Assembly (NCBI RefSeq): GCF_009914755.1
Contig: NC_060931.1
Source of the DNA: the human T2T-CHM13v2.0 reference genome, Homo sapiens
Direction: 5' to 3' (one strand)
Length of the DNA stretch: 64,000 nucleotides
Shown: positions 14,450 to 27,245 of the stretch, in pieces
Numbering within the stretch: the stretch's first letter is position 1
Layout of the letters: each line of letters starts with the position of its first letter
The notes under the pieces: model-generated
The model's database searches: none
What the model saw: only the letters and a program-made list of their open reading frames with translations
What the model was told of the DNA's origin: nothing
Translations under genes and position numbers: made by a program

Positions 14450-14945
14450 ACTTTATGATACATCCATTGTACCCCTGGATATTTATCCAAGAAAAAGTGA
14501 AAACTGATATATACACTACTATTTACAGCAGCTATATCATCCAAGTCTAAAATTAGGGGAAAATTTTATTAACAGTAAGTAAATTAGGTACTATAAATAA
14601 ACAATAAAAATAGCAAACTTTGCTGGTAAATGCAAACACATAGGGGAGTGTCAGAATTAATATGTTGAATAAAATAACCGAGAAAAAACATTACATATTG
14701 CAAGATTACATTTATATAAAAATGCAAAGAATTATGATGATAAAATTGCCAATAATTGTTGCCTAAAGCAAGTGATAGACTGGGGTTGGAGAGCTGTTCT
14801 CTATCGTCAATTTGCTGATGGTTACAATGGTGTACACAGCTGTCAAAACTCATTGAATTGCCTACTTTAAATGGATGCATTATGTTGTGTATAATTCTAC
14901 AATGAATTTGATAAAGTTTCAAAGAAAGATTTAAAACTTAAAAAA
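14450..14945 (+). mobile_element. L1ME-type 3' fragment
   Basis: cccctggatatttatccaag, gtcaaaactcattgaattg...ctttaaatggatgcattat. Confidence 0.6.
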
Positions 14946-16809
14946 TATTAAATTCCACTAATTCTTACATGGTAATCATTGCCATGGTTTCTCAACATAG
15001 AAACTGGTATATATTAAAAAAAACTAATAAGAGTGTAGTTTTTGACATTTATGGTTGTTTGCTGGATAGTTTATGTTAAAAATAGGGATAATTTTTATTG
15101 TATTTTATTGTATTTTTACAGTATATTTATCTGTAGCTTTAAGAGTGTCAACTAGTAACTCATAGTGAATCAATAAATCTTATCATTAATATGATATTTT
15201 GGTAAGTTTAAGGTACAACTTTTAAAGTAATATTTCCCATGTAATATTACAAAAATGCCATAAGAATAATATGAGTAATACACTGACTATTAAAAAATAA
15301 ATGAGCATGAAACCGAATAGTAATTTGTGAGACAAAATTTTGTTATGTATTTGTTTATAGTTCAATAAAATATTTTTGAAAATAATTTAAAATATTTAGA
15401 AATTTAACATAAAATAACTAAAATCATACAAACATGAAAAGTAAAAAATAAAATGTATTTATAAATAATAATTCCATTGATAGAAATTTAAGATGAAATA
15501 GGTTAAATATTGAGCATAAGGGACTCAATAGCGCAATAGTGACTTTTCTAATAGGAAATATGCTAAAATAAATTTAAATCATTGAAGGCTTTTTGTTATA
15601 AACCAAAAAAAAATGAAGAAAAGAGAGTTTAAGGTTGGGATTGATATGGAGGAACAGAAATGTATTCTCAATAAACTTATAGTCTTTCCCTAAATGACTT
15701 GAATACCTTGTATAGCCACTCATATTTTAACAATTTCTTATAATGGTCATAAGATTAGGAAAATGAGTGAGGGGCCCCTATAAAGTGAGAGTCCTAACTG
15801 ATTTTAAACAGGAAGTTAATTTAATGAACTGAGATGATTTATCTTACGTGCTTTGTAAGCTCAGCACATGTCCTAAATATTAACATCAAAGTAGTGGTGT
15901 ATGTTGATGTAACCTTCTGGAAGGTAAAGAAATAATAATGTTACATATATGAGTAAAATATTTAATATTCTATTACTCTATGTTAGAACACTGTTATTAT
16001 CCTCAGAAGAGAAATCTACAAGCTTATCCTTCTCTTTAAACTTCCTCATTATTTTGATTAAACTGAACAACCTGTTAAATAAATAATTCATATTCAATCA
16101 CACCTCCTCTTCCAGATCATCATACTTTCCAGGAGATGGCACTCTAACACTTTGTTTTATAGTCCATATAGCAAATCTGTAAGCCAAAGATTATTTTAGC
16201 AATACATTATATAATATCGAGTGATTTAAACACTCTATGTCCATATGTAATCTTCAATTATTGGTCTTGCGTATTAAGATTATTAGTTAGTTATCCAGGC
16301 CTGTATTAAAAGTGTGACAGGTTCTACTACAGTGTTATAATATATAATTTTAATAAATGACCTGTTTAATTTTGCAATTACATTTAAGAAAAAATTTAAT
16401 CTTATAAAGAACATTAAATTATTTATGAATCAAAATGTCAGAGGTTGCAATGTTTCGTAAATAATAGTAAACTGCCAAAATGCCAGTAAAGACCAAATTC
16501 AACATGATTTACATTTTTAATAACCTTGAGAATCCCTGGAATTTTATCTACTCTTCTGTAATTTTGGTAGATTTCATAGACAGACATATTTTTGTATAAA
16601 GAAATGTTGACTTTAACATCAATAAGATATGGAATGAACCCTTTCAGTACTTAAAACTTATTTTTTTATACTTAAAACTTTCTTTCTGCTCCTTTAGTTT
16701 TTGTGTTTATTCTTATTGCATTCTACTGTACTATATGTGACCGCATATAGATATTTACTTGCCAAAGCAGCATAAAATAAATCAGGTGCTTATTTATTAG
16801 TATGGCTCA

Positions 16810-16940
16810 GAAAAAAATATTTATAAAGCATGAGTTCTATACCAAGCATTATGATAGGTACTAGTTGTGTGACTATGAAAAAGAAAAACAAGAAAATCTT
16901 TGGTTTTGAGGAGCTCAAAGTCTTATGTGAGGCAGGTGTG
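16810..16940 (-). mobile_element. L2 3' end fragment
   Basis: aaatatttataaagc...ctataccaagcattatgataggtactag...tgaggagctcaaagtct. Confidence 0.45.
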
Positions 16941-17199
16941 AGAACTTATACTAAATTGTTAATTTTTGTGTGATGCTGAAGACTGAACAATGGACATTTC
17001 CTTCAGTTTTTTAAGAACTTAAAAGGTATCTACAAAACCTTTTAGGGGTCTCTAAAGTAGTCATTATGCTTGTCAGGAAGAATATCCATTGAAATACAGA
17101 TGAAGAACCTCTTCCACAGAGAAATTCCGACTCTCTGGAAAATAAGACTCTACCAGAGCTTAATTTTAACACTTATTCCCAATTTGAGAAGGGGATTCC

Positions 17200-17818
17200 T
17201 CCCCAAAGGAATAAAATCATAGTGCATAGAGGTCAGGTCTTTCTTCAAGAAAATAAATCAAGAAAGCTGCAGCCACTGAAAGGAGTAGGAGGTTGGGAGA
17301 AAATAATGCAATACCTTCGAACAAATACTTGAGAAACTCACAAGCTCAAGACATAGGCACAATGAAAGACAGATTTATTCAGATGATTTTAGAATGCATT
17401 TCCTCCCCCAAACTTAATACCACCTGGGCTCCAGCATAACAACTTAAAGAACTGTAAGATTCAGACTCTGTTTATGAGGAGAGGTACAAAGGGAAGCCCA
17501 AAGACAAAAATGTTGACAAGAACAAACACACTACAGAACTTGAAGCATCTGGCACCTATAGCCACAACAAACATTAAGTACAGAACAACCCACAGCCAGA
17601 TTAACATAGATCCTGCTATTCACAATCTATCTCAGTCGCTATTACCCATATGTATGGGTAATATAGCATGTGAAAGACATGTCAAAAATGAGAAAAAAAT
17701 AAAACATAAGCTGACGATACAAAGAAGTCATGAGAACCCAACTCAATTATGACACAGAATTCAGATATGAGACAGGGTATTTAAAAAGTTATGATTAGTA
17801 TGTTAAGGACTATACTGG
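17200..17818 (+). mobile_element. Old L1M 5' region / ORF1 start
   Basis: gaagcatctggcacctatagccacaacaaacattaa, acagccagattaacata, ttatgattagtatgttaagg. Confidence 0.55.
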
Positions 17819-18177
17819 AGTTTGGCCTAAAGGTTTCTCTTTACATCATGAACTATAACCTCAGTGGAGGTATAAGCAGACTATAGCCTATCTTGTGCCA
17901 ATCACTGAGATTTGGTCAATCAAATGTGGCCAACTGTTCAAACTATGTTCAAATAAGGCAAATGCTGAGTTGTAACCAATCCAGCTGTTTCTGTACCTCA
18001 CTTCTATTTTCTGTACCTCATTTTCCTTTTTCTGTCCATAAATCTTTTTCCATCATGTGGTTGTGCTGTAGTTGCTGAGCCTACTCTGGCTTGGGAGGCT
18101 GCCCAATTGACAAATTGCTCTTTGCTCAATTAAGCTCTTTTAAATTTAATTCAGCTACAGTTTTTTTTTTTTGAACA
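17819..18177 (+). mobile_element. MER57 (A/B) ERV1 5' LTR, first ~40 bp missing
   Basis: ggcctaaaggtttctc, gccaactgttcaaac, gttcaaataaggcaaatgctgagttgtaaccaatccagctgtttctgtacctcacttc; ends ...aaca followed by PBS. Confidence 0.9.
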
Positions 18178-18179
18178 GA

Positions 18180-18197
18180 TGGTGTCAGAAGTGGGAT
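18180..18197 (+). promoter_or_regulatory. Retroviral primer binding site (tRNA-Leu)
   Basis: TGGTGTCAGAAGTGGGAT, complementary to the 3' 18 nt of tRNA-Leu(CAA), 2 nt after the LTR end. Confidence 0.88.
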
Positions 18198-18604
18198 ACA
18201 AAGTAGAGCTTTTAGCAACCCTCAGGAGTGCCAAGTGACAAAGTGAGGTACCCATCAGACCCATTGTGTCCATTGTTTTCTCAGAACAACTGAGGATTGT
18301 GATAAGTGCTCTCTTGGATTCTGAAGCTTCATAGATTTGTGTTTTGAGCTCTCCAGGTTTCTTTGAGCAAATCTCTGATCCAAATTGGGTTTGGAAGTAA
18401 TGACAGAAATAGGAGTGGGCTCAAGATTGGACTGGATCTGATAATTAATTAGCTTGGATTCAGTTAGAGGTCTCTTACATCTGAATGGATCAGAAATAAA
18501 CTGACAGTAAGTGAAAATATTGCAGATGGTGTAAGTATTGTCTTTTGAAAATTTGCAGGGATTTTTGTATTCTATCCATTTGTTTATTTTTATTGCATGC
18601 TTAG

Positions 18605-18956
18605 TGTATTAGTCTGTTTTCATGATGCTGGTAAAGACATACTGGAAACTGGGAAGAAGAGGATTAATTGGACCTATATTTCCACATGACTGGGAAGGCC
18701 TCAGAATCATGGCAGGAGGTGAAAGGCACGTCTTACATGCTGGCAGCAAGAGAAAAATGAGTAAAAAGCAAAAGTGGGAACCCTTGATAACCTCATCAGA
18801 TCTTGTGAGACTTATGCACTATCTTGAGAAAAGCATGGGAAATACCGGCCCCCATGATTCAATTACCTCCCCCTGGATCCCTCCCACAACACATGGGAAT
18901 CCTGGGAGCTACAATTCAAGTTGAGATTTGGGTGGGGACACAGTCAAACCATATCA
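18605..18956 (-). mobile_element. THE1A solo LTR (MaLR) nested in MER57-int
   Basis: tgtattagtctgttttca...gggtggggacacagtcaaaccatatca; 5-bp TSD CTTAG at 18600-18604 and 18957-18961. Confidence 0.93.
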
Positions 18957-20585
18957 CTTAGGTAAGGAAAAAATATCATTGGCTAAGTTGATCAAGGGAA
19001 CCCGAGAGACAAAGCCAATATTTGAAGTAAAAATGGGATGCATAATTTCTGAAGATCTGAATTCCTTCTAGCTTATACATGCATAATTATTAGGGCCCCA
19101 GAAGCAGCAAGTCTTACGGAAACAGTAAAATCTTACTAAAATATAAAGTTACAGTGGAACATTCCAAATAAGCAACACAGCACTGAAGAAGTACATTTGA
19201 AAATGAAGACTCCCAAATTATTCTCATCTAGAGATTTGTATTGATATGCAGAAGCTTCAAAAAGCATTTCATTTTTTATTAAGTATTTTATTTTTATTTA
19301 AAGACTTTATGAAAAGCAAATAACAAGCTTAAGCAACTGATTGATAAGAAAAATTAAAACTACTAACCTTTTGGCTTAGTTGGTATCCCACCCCAAAGGT
19401 GGAAAGAAAGCTATCCTAGATAAGGTGTTTATAAAAGGTAGGCTCACAGGTAGAATAGGCTTGCTTCTTTTATAGATACATCCATCCTGAGGCCTTAAGA
19501 ATGCTTTCCTGTCCCTAATTGAAGGGCTGCATACTGAACTTAGTAATTTTAGCTAAGAAACAGTATGTAAGTTAAAAAAGAATACCCTACTAAACTAAAA
19601 TACCCTACTAAAGTAAAATACACCTTTCTGAAATTTAATTGGCTATCTTGAAACTCTTTTGCAAAAGAAATTCACATTTATCAAGGAAATCTCCAATTTT
19701 ACGGATATCTGCTATTGCATATTCAAAAATCTTACCAGTCTTTTAAATTTACATATTAAGTAATATGTTTCTTTAAGGTGCTTTTCTGGCCATCTTGTCT
19801 TAAGCGAGCTTTTACTTGAGCAGTTTTTTTCCCCTTGGTTTGAGCAAATGATGATACAATATTTAGGCCTGAAATCTTAGGTCTGTGCTTACAAAATATA
19901 AAATTTTTTGTTCCATCTAAAAGTTTTTCTTTTAGAAATGCAAATTTGTTGCCTAGTTAGCAATTGCTTATGGCAATGAAACAGGTAACTGGAAGACTGA
20001 TAGACCGAGTGGGGAAAAGAAAAAAAAATATTTAAAAGCTGGTAAATGGAAATCCTTTATGAGAGCTATGAGATCTGCTCCTGTGTGTTTGTATGTCTCT
20101 ATGTATTATATGTATGTGATAGTTGGTTAATAAAGCTAGTTTTAAAATTATTGGTACAATATAAATGGCTTCAAAATTATTAGTTAATTGTAATTAGATA
20201 CTTGCTTGATTTGACTGTGAACTTACGTCTTTGGTTTACAGTCGCTGGATTCAGGGTTCTGGATAGGTGGCCATAACGAAATCTGGAGACATGTTCTTAG
20301 TGCCTAGACCAGCAGTTATAAGCCAGAATCGAGCCAAATTTAGCCCTTTCTTTCTCTGCTTTTCTGATTTCACCTCCTAGCTATTTTGAGAGGGGTTGTA
20401 TCCTCCAGATATAGTCTTCACAGCTTCTGTTCTTATAGTCCTGACTTTCATAGTCCTCCTGGGTGCCACGTGGTTACTTGAAACGTACAATGACTGGAGA
20501 AAGACATTAGGGAGGCTACCCGTGTCATAGTATCAACATTCTTTTCAGTAATTTAAAATCTTAGAATTATGTTATGTTAAATTAA

Positions 20586-21109
20586 CCTTTTTCCCATTTA
20601 CCCCAAGTATACTCACCAGTGGTGCTTGTAGCTGGAGCATTTACCCCGAGATAATTTTGCCATGAAATATCTCACTTTTGTTATTATTTTCAAATTTCTC
20701 AAGCATATTGACTTTGCAAATAAAAAAATCATTCTATTTATAGCATTCTGTTTTTAGTAGTGGTATTTCCATATACAAAATATAGTAATTCTCAATTGCT
20801 GAAAATGTCAAATCCTAGAAAACGTAGCATTACTACATGTAACGTTAACATCATTCTTGCACAGTTGTTAGACAAAGATTAATTTGATGAATCCAATTTT
20901 TCCAAAATAGACCATTCTGATGATTCAGATGATTCTGATGTCATCTGTTTAGACAGATCTGTTTAGAAAGAACTCCAAAAACAGTTTTTATATTTTATTG
21001 TCATGTTGAAAATCAGTTAGATTTGCTTCAGCTTCAAGGAGCATGTTTTCGTAAAATTAAATGAGCGCTACAAGCAAGCTGTGCTTCTTTTTTCTAAATG
21101 GGAAAAAGG
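20586..21109 (+). mobile_element. MER75 piggyBac non-autonomous DNA transposon
   Basis: TTAA on both sides (20582-20585, 21110-21113); 15-bp TIRs cctttttcccattta/taaatgggaaaaagg; ATG at 20805 reads MSNPRKRSI, matching the recalled PGBD4 N-terminus. Confidence 0.93.
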
Positions 21110-22810
21110 TTAAGTAATAAATAATCATAAAATATCTGACTCATCTGTAAGTTAAGATACTGAAATATTAATTATTAAACATGAGTCTAAATCTATGTAT
21201 TTTGATATTACTTTTATATGGTATAGAAAAGCTAAATATGTATAGACTGTTAATAAACAATAATTTGAAGAACTATTTTTCTAAAAAATTATATTTTTTC
21301 CACAAATACTGATATAAAACAGTTCAAAATTGCTTTCTAGGGTTTTCACTACATACTAGGATTACTAAGATTTAAAAACTACTAGATATTAAAGAAACAA
21401 TTCTGTATACAGAGTCTATAAACAAAAGCAATATATGTTTTTGATGAATAAATTTATTAAAGAACAAAAGTGTGTGTTAAAAACTTTGGTTTGAAGTTAT
21501 TTAAAGTTTTCAAATGGAAGAAATAAAAAATAAATCAAAATGACTATAGAAAGTCAGGGAAACATGTAAAACAAAAGTCTTATGCAAATTTTGTTTTCAA
21601 AAGATGACATATTTGATAAATTTATTTATGAAGTCTTATTAAAATTAGTTTTAGTATTGATACACTAATATGACATTAAAATCTAGTTTTCTGTTTTGAA
21701 CAAAATTTTCTTTAGTATTAACAAGACACAGTAAAATATTTTTGTCTTTTGAGTAAACTGCAAAAAGACGAAGAAGAAAGAGAGGAAAGAAGTATAGATA
21801 GATTCTATTTTATACTGTCTTAAGTCTTCTGACTGGAAAACTGAGTGTCCTTTTTCAAAGCTTATAGGTATTTGCTTTTACAAATATTTTAATTATCACT
21901 TTGGTTGAATGAATGACTATTGTTTTATGGTGATTTGTGATACTATTTTGGTCTAATGCTTTAAGCCTTTAACACATTTGAAAGGCTTCCCAAAATCAAA
22001 TTTCTTCTTCAAAACTAAGTCTTTGTCGACCTCTAACTTCGGGATGTTACAGAGGGCCCATGAAGCATTTAAAAGAGAGGTAAACAGGATTATTTGACAT
22101 ATTAATTTACATGGGGTGCATTGTCAAATATGAAATAATGTTTAACCTTCTTCAGATTATATTTTAATGAAGTTATTAATATACATTCCAAAATTGAATG
22201 GGATTTCTAAAATTCTGATATGTTTGAATATGTGCTATCAATCATAATTATGGTTATTATATGAAGTTATTGTAGACCACAGAAATAACCAAATTTCCTT
22301 GCCAACTGTGTCTTTAACTGTGACTACTTAAAGTCATTTCCACAGTTAATTGCTTCTCTCTGTTGCAGTTTCTGAAAACTTTGCAAGCACACAAAATCCT
22401 AGAATATGGGGTATTTGAGGAAGTCCATTTATGAACGGATGAAAAAGACCCTGAGAAACGCTCTAGAATATGGGTTTTTGATCACATTAGAATTATATTA
22501 TTTGGACTTTAAGAATTCCTGAAACTTGAATAAAGAGATTAACTGGTTTATAAACTGCTATCACAAGCAAGACAAAAATTAATAGAATACCAGGAAAATA
22601 CTTTGCCAGATTTTCCTGCTAAATCAGCCAGTACTGAAATTGTTTATATATACAATTTCAATGAACAACAAGATCTCAGTAAAATTACCTATGATAACCC
22701 ATCAATTATAAGTGCTATGCACCTAAATTGGAGAAACAACTGGCATTCAAAAGGACGTAAGTTCAGTGTTAAGCATGAACTCATGAAGAACCAGGATGAC
22801 CACCTTGCCC

Positions 22811-23086
22811 TTCCTGAGTCCTTAAACCTTTTGTTATTAAAAGTTCTGCATTCCATGATTCTTCATGGAAAAGAAAAAAATATCCAAATTAAATATATAT
22901 ATTAGTGTGATAACTTCTAAATTACTAAAAGAGTTTACGATTAGTGTTTTCCTGAGTCATTAAAACTTTTGTTATTAAAAGTTCTGCATTCCACGATTCT
23001 TCATGGAAAAGATAAAATTATCCAAATTAAATGTATATATTAGTGTGGTAACTTCTAAATTGCTAAAATAGTTTATGGCCAATGTT
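22811..23086 (+). repeat. 138-bp imperfect tandem duplication within MER57-int
   Basis: ttcctgagtc...aaagttctgcattcca...acttctaaatt starts at 22811 and again at 22949. Confidence 0.9.
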
Positions 23087-23599
23087 TGCTTTGTCAAACA
23101 CTTATTCCTGGGAAGACAATCAAAACTTTAGGTATATTCGGCTACTTGATGGGCCATTTAAACATTTATAGAGGGATTTCATTCAGTTGTCATGTTTAAT
23201 TCATGTTTTCTGGTTGTATAAAAGCTTTTCCATGCTAGAGGGCTGATGTTACAACAGTAGATCATTATGCCACAGTATATTATCACCAGATAAAGGAGGC
23301 TTTCTCTGGTTCACTGACTGAGGACAATTAACCCCTTCACAATCTAGAACCCCAAGCTTGGATCTTCTGAGAACATCAGAGAAACACTGCCCTTGTTAGC
23401 CACACTGCAGTAAAACTTCAGGACCTTGAACCTTGGGTTCATAATCTCACAACTCAGAAGGCTCCCTCCATACTTTTTGAACTGTACACCCATTGGAACC
23501 ATTAAGGTAAAGCTAACCAGGGAAGTTTCTCCCCAGAAGAAGACAGCATCCTTGATGAGGTCAGCTTTTTCTCAAAATCACAGATCAAGACTTCTCTAC

Positions 23600-24440
23600 T
23601 ATAATGATACTCTTATCTTTAATTTTTTTTTTCATGGCTTATACCTCTATGAAATATAGAAGTGAAAAGGAGGTCTGTTTTTTCCACTCATGGGTTATAC
23701 GTATATTTGTGAAGGGTTTTTGCAGCCAGCCTTATACAAGGATAACCTCATCCCTTAATCAATGGAATATGAAGGCCCAATGTAGGTGAGAAATTTTAAT
23801 GGTACATATAATGCCTCATAGTCTGAAACAGAACATCAGTCCACCCTTCTTAACCTATACCAAGGGTTAAAGAGAACATTGTTGAGAGGTCTTCACTCTT
23901 CTAAAAGGGCATCATTTGATCCTTTTTTCTATAGTTTGGATTAAATGAGGTAATGATTAGGAATGTATCCCTCATATTAGGCTGTATAGCAGATTATACT
24001 CTAAAGTCTATGGTTACACAACAGACTTCAAATTTTCTTGTGAAAGTTATGCTAAATAATAGAATTGCTCTAGATTACTTACTAGCTAAACAGAGATGTA
24101 TCTGGCAGCTGCTGGCACTTGTTGTCCATGGAGAAACACATTACATTGGGTATTAGAAAGATTTAGTTGTAGGGCACTGATTAAAAGACTGCTTGATTAA
24201 AGCAAGTAGGCTCTTTAGCTAATTCATGGATCTATTTGATTTTAGTTGGTTTATTTTATGGGGACCCTGGAGTATGAGCATACTTCAGACTCTTGGTATT
24301 ATCTTCCTGGTAGTCACAGTAGTAGTCTCCCTTTGCATGTATCCTCTTGAAAGTTTTAAATGTTTGCACTCAGCCGTCTCTAGAATGTCAGATGTTCTCT
24401 CTTCAACTGGAATGGCAAGAGCTGAAAGAAATGTGTGACC
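23600..24440 (+). pseudogene. Degenerate ERV env remnant (TM subunit)
   Basis: ORF 23953-24156 has ISD-like LNNRIALDYLLAKQ; frameshifted C..AAAGTCCPW; ORF 24226-24438 has a hydrophobic anchor WGPWSMSILQTLGIIFLVVTVVVSLC. Confidence 0.8.
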
Positions 24441-25017
24441 ATGAGGGAACCATAACCTGTGAATGATATGCTGAAACCAGAAACCCAAAATGATGGTAAC
24501 TGAGAGTGGCACTAAGACCCTAAATTTTGGTCATACTCTCACCTAAGTGAGAACATGACCGAAACAGGGGAAGTTTTAAACAAAATTACAAGGCCATTGT
24601 TTTGGAGTGAGCTCATGCACTAGGCCCCAAAAGATCAGACCAAACCAAAATGGAGTCACTCATACTAAATGTGTCATAATCAAACTAAGACTTTAAGGAA
24701 ACATGTAGTTCCTAGAAAAGATTAGGTTTTGTTTTTCTCCTGTAAACAACACATTCCAGAATAAGAATGTACTCCCACTCCAACCCTTACAAAAAGAAAA
24801 TCACCTTACAAATGGTTTTTATCCACAAATATGGGTACAAAACAATTCAAAATTACTTTCTAGCATTTTCACTAGAAATTAAAGTCACTACAAGCTGAAA
24901 ACTACTAGATATGAGAGAAACAATTCTGTGTACAGACTGTATAAACTAAAGCAAGAAACGCATTTGATGAGGAAAGTGATAAAGGCACAAAAGAGTGTGT
25001 TAAAAATTTTGTCACAG

Positions 25018-25512
25018 TATTGTAGAAGACTTCAACATCTATCAGTAATTGACAAATGCAGCAGGAACATACTCAGTAACGATATAGTTAACTTGAACAC
25101 CAGCCATCAACTTGATTTAAATGGCATTTATTGAATACGTCATTCAATGAGGGCAGGATACACAAATTTTTCAAGCTCATATGAGATATTCACCAAGATA
25201 AGCCAAATTCTAAGCCAAGAAACACACCTCAACACGTTAGAAAAATTGAAATCATACAAAGTATTCTGTCAGATCAGAAAGTAAACAGGAAGTAAATAAC
25301 AGAGTGAAGAAGTTTAAAAATAATACAGATTGGAAATGAAAAAACCGTCTTTACAGGCAAAGGGCATAATTGCCTATGTAGAAAACTATCTTCAGAGAAA
25401 CTATTGAAAGTAATAAGAAAGTATAGCAAGGTTTTAGATTCAAAGGCCAATATACAAAATTTATTTTTTTATATGCCAGCAATGAACAACTGGAATTAGA
25501 CATTTAAAAAAA
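25018..25512 (+). mobile_element. Old L1M ORF2 fragments (endonuclease and RT parts)
   Basis: gtagaagacttcaacatc, ttcaagctcatatgagatattcaccaagata, ttgaaatcatacaaagtattctgtcagatc, atatgccagcaatgaacaactgga. Confidence 0.7.
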
Positions 25513-25529
25513 TAGCAGAGATTTAAAAT

Positions 25530-26235
25530 AGCCTTGTCAACACAGGTGTTGACTGATCAATTTTATTATTTATTTAAGCAAATGAGCAACAGAGTGCTCA
25601 TTTTTTATACAATCTGTCAATACCAAGAGCATCTGCTAGATTACCAGAACTACACTGAAAGAACACCCGGTAATCTCTTTTGTTTTTTACCAAAGATTGG
25701 GCAAATTTTCCCAGCAATGCCCTTCCCCTTGACACAATACATTATTTGGAACAATTATTTTATTTCAAAAAAGGCCACACTCATTTTTATCTATTATTTC
25801 ATTAATGCAGTACATTTAGTATCAATGTAGCTCTTGAGTTTGTGTTGCAAAGATAGATCCAGAAGCTATTTATTCTAAGGCCACAGGACAAATTTCTGTC
25901 TGGAAGCTTTCATAAGGAATCCTATATGGAACTTTCAAAGCCTCTATTATTAGCTCTTTTATCGGGCTGATAGGAAACCCTTCAGGAAACCTTCTCCACC
26001 AGATTTTAAATGCAGTACTTGTAAATGTGGGTGAATTATGCCCTTCATGAGACCTCCATAATTTTCTAAATTTTCTAGTCTGCCTACAATTGACCTCCCT
26101 TACCACCTGTAAGAGTAGGATTCTCTACACCCAATGTTAGGCCACTTTTTCTGCAGGACTTTGTAAAGCTTGGCTCCATATAAATTCAAACAGGACACTC
26201 CACATATGGTCTTGGTTGCACAATAGGCTTAAGTT
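25530..26235 (-). mobile_element. MER4-group ERV1 internal fragment
   Basis: Reverse complement contains cttacaggtggtaagggaggtca...aattcacccacatttacaagtactgca...gattccttatgaaagcttccag, as recalled from MER4-group internal consensus. Confidence 0.5.
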
Positions 26236-26674
26236 ACATCCTGGTTAAAGAATTTAAAAAAGTATTGATATTACAGAAATAATTATATTACAATATAAAG
26301 TACAGAAAGTAAAAGTAACTGCTTCAGATTTCTGGGGAGATCTCATGTCTTTGGCTTCATGTTCCAATATGGTTTTATGTAGCTGTTAAAGAATAGTTTC
26401 TTTTTTAAAGATTTTGATTTTTTTATTAATAATTCATTGCATTAATCTTATTTGTAAAAATATTATTTCTCTTAATTGCTGATGAGTATGTTTATTTTCT
26501 TTTTGCCCAGCAACATTACTTAAAGTATTATTTGAGCTCATATACCAAAAATCACATCATGATATGCCATACAATATATTTTAATGGCCTGTTAGTCAAT
26601 TAGATTATCTCTCAATATTGTTGAAAGTGAACACATTAAGAAAACACATCATTTTCGGAAGGATATGCTAATCA

Positions 26675-27245
26675 GTTGTTAGTTTAACAGCTCCTCAAAA
26701 AAATTAAACATAGAGTTAGTTACATTATGACCTAGCAATTCTACCCCTAGGTATATATCTAAGAAAATGGGAACATTTGTCCATACAAAAATTTGTATAC
26801 AAATATTTGCAGCAGTATCATATATAATAGCCAAAATTGGAAACTAGCTAAATGCTCATCAAAAGATAAGTGAATAAATAAAACATGGAATATTCTTACA
26901 AATACAAAGGAATGAATTATTGATAATTGATACAATATGGATGAACCTTGAAAACATTAGACTAAGTGAAAAACAATGGTCATAAAAGATCATGTATTAT
27001 ATGATTTCACTGATATGAAATGCCAGTAATAAGAACATTTATAGAGGCAGAGAGTATCTCGGTGTTTTCCTGGGGCTGGGTGTATTGGATGAAATAGGGT
27101 GTGACTGCTGGCATGGGGTTTATTTTTGGAGTGATAAAAAGTTTTAAAATTGTGCTGATTATTGCCACAACTCTCTAAATTACCAAAATCCATTGAATTG
27201 CACACTTTGGTGATTTTTTGTCAGGTGAAACATTTCAATAAAGTG
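26675..27245 (+). mobile_element. L1MB-type 3' fragment
   Basis: tatgacctagcaattctacccctaggtatatat, atggatgaaccttgaaaacatta, ccaaaatccattgaattgcacacttt. Confidence 0.8.

Larger units (their letters stand above)
18178..25012 (+). mobile_element. MER57 internal region (non-autonomous ERV1), no matching 3' LTR
   Basis: Follows LTR and PBS; AT-rich MER4-group internal sequence; env TM remnant; PPT-like aaacaggggaa at ~24562. Confidence 0.8.

Noticed and set aside
19581-19616. Short tandem microduplications (18 bp here; others at ~293, 33741, 45822, 46988)
   Set aside because: Ordinary slippage products; no repeat-spacer organisation, so not CRISPR-like.
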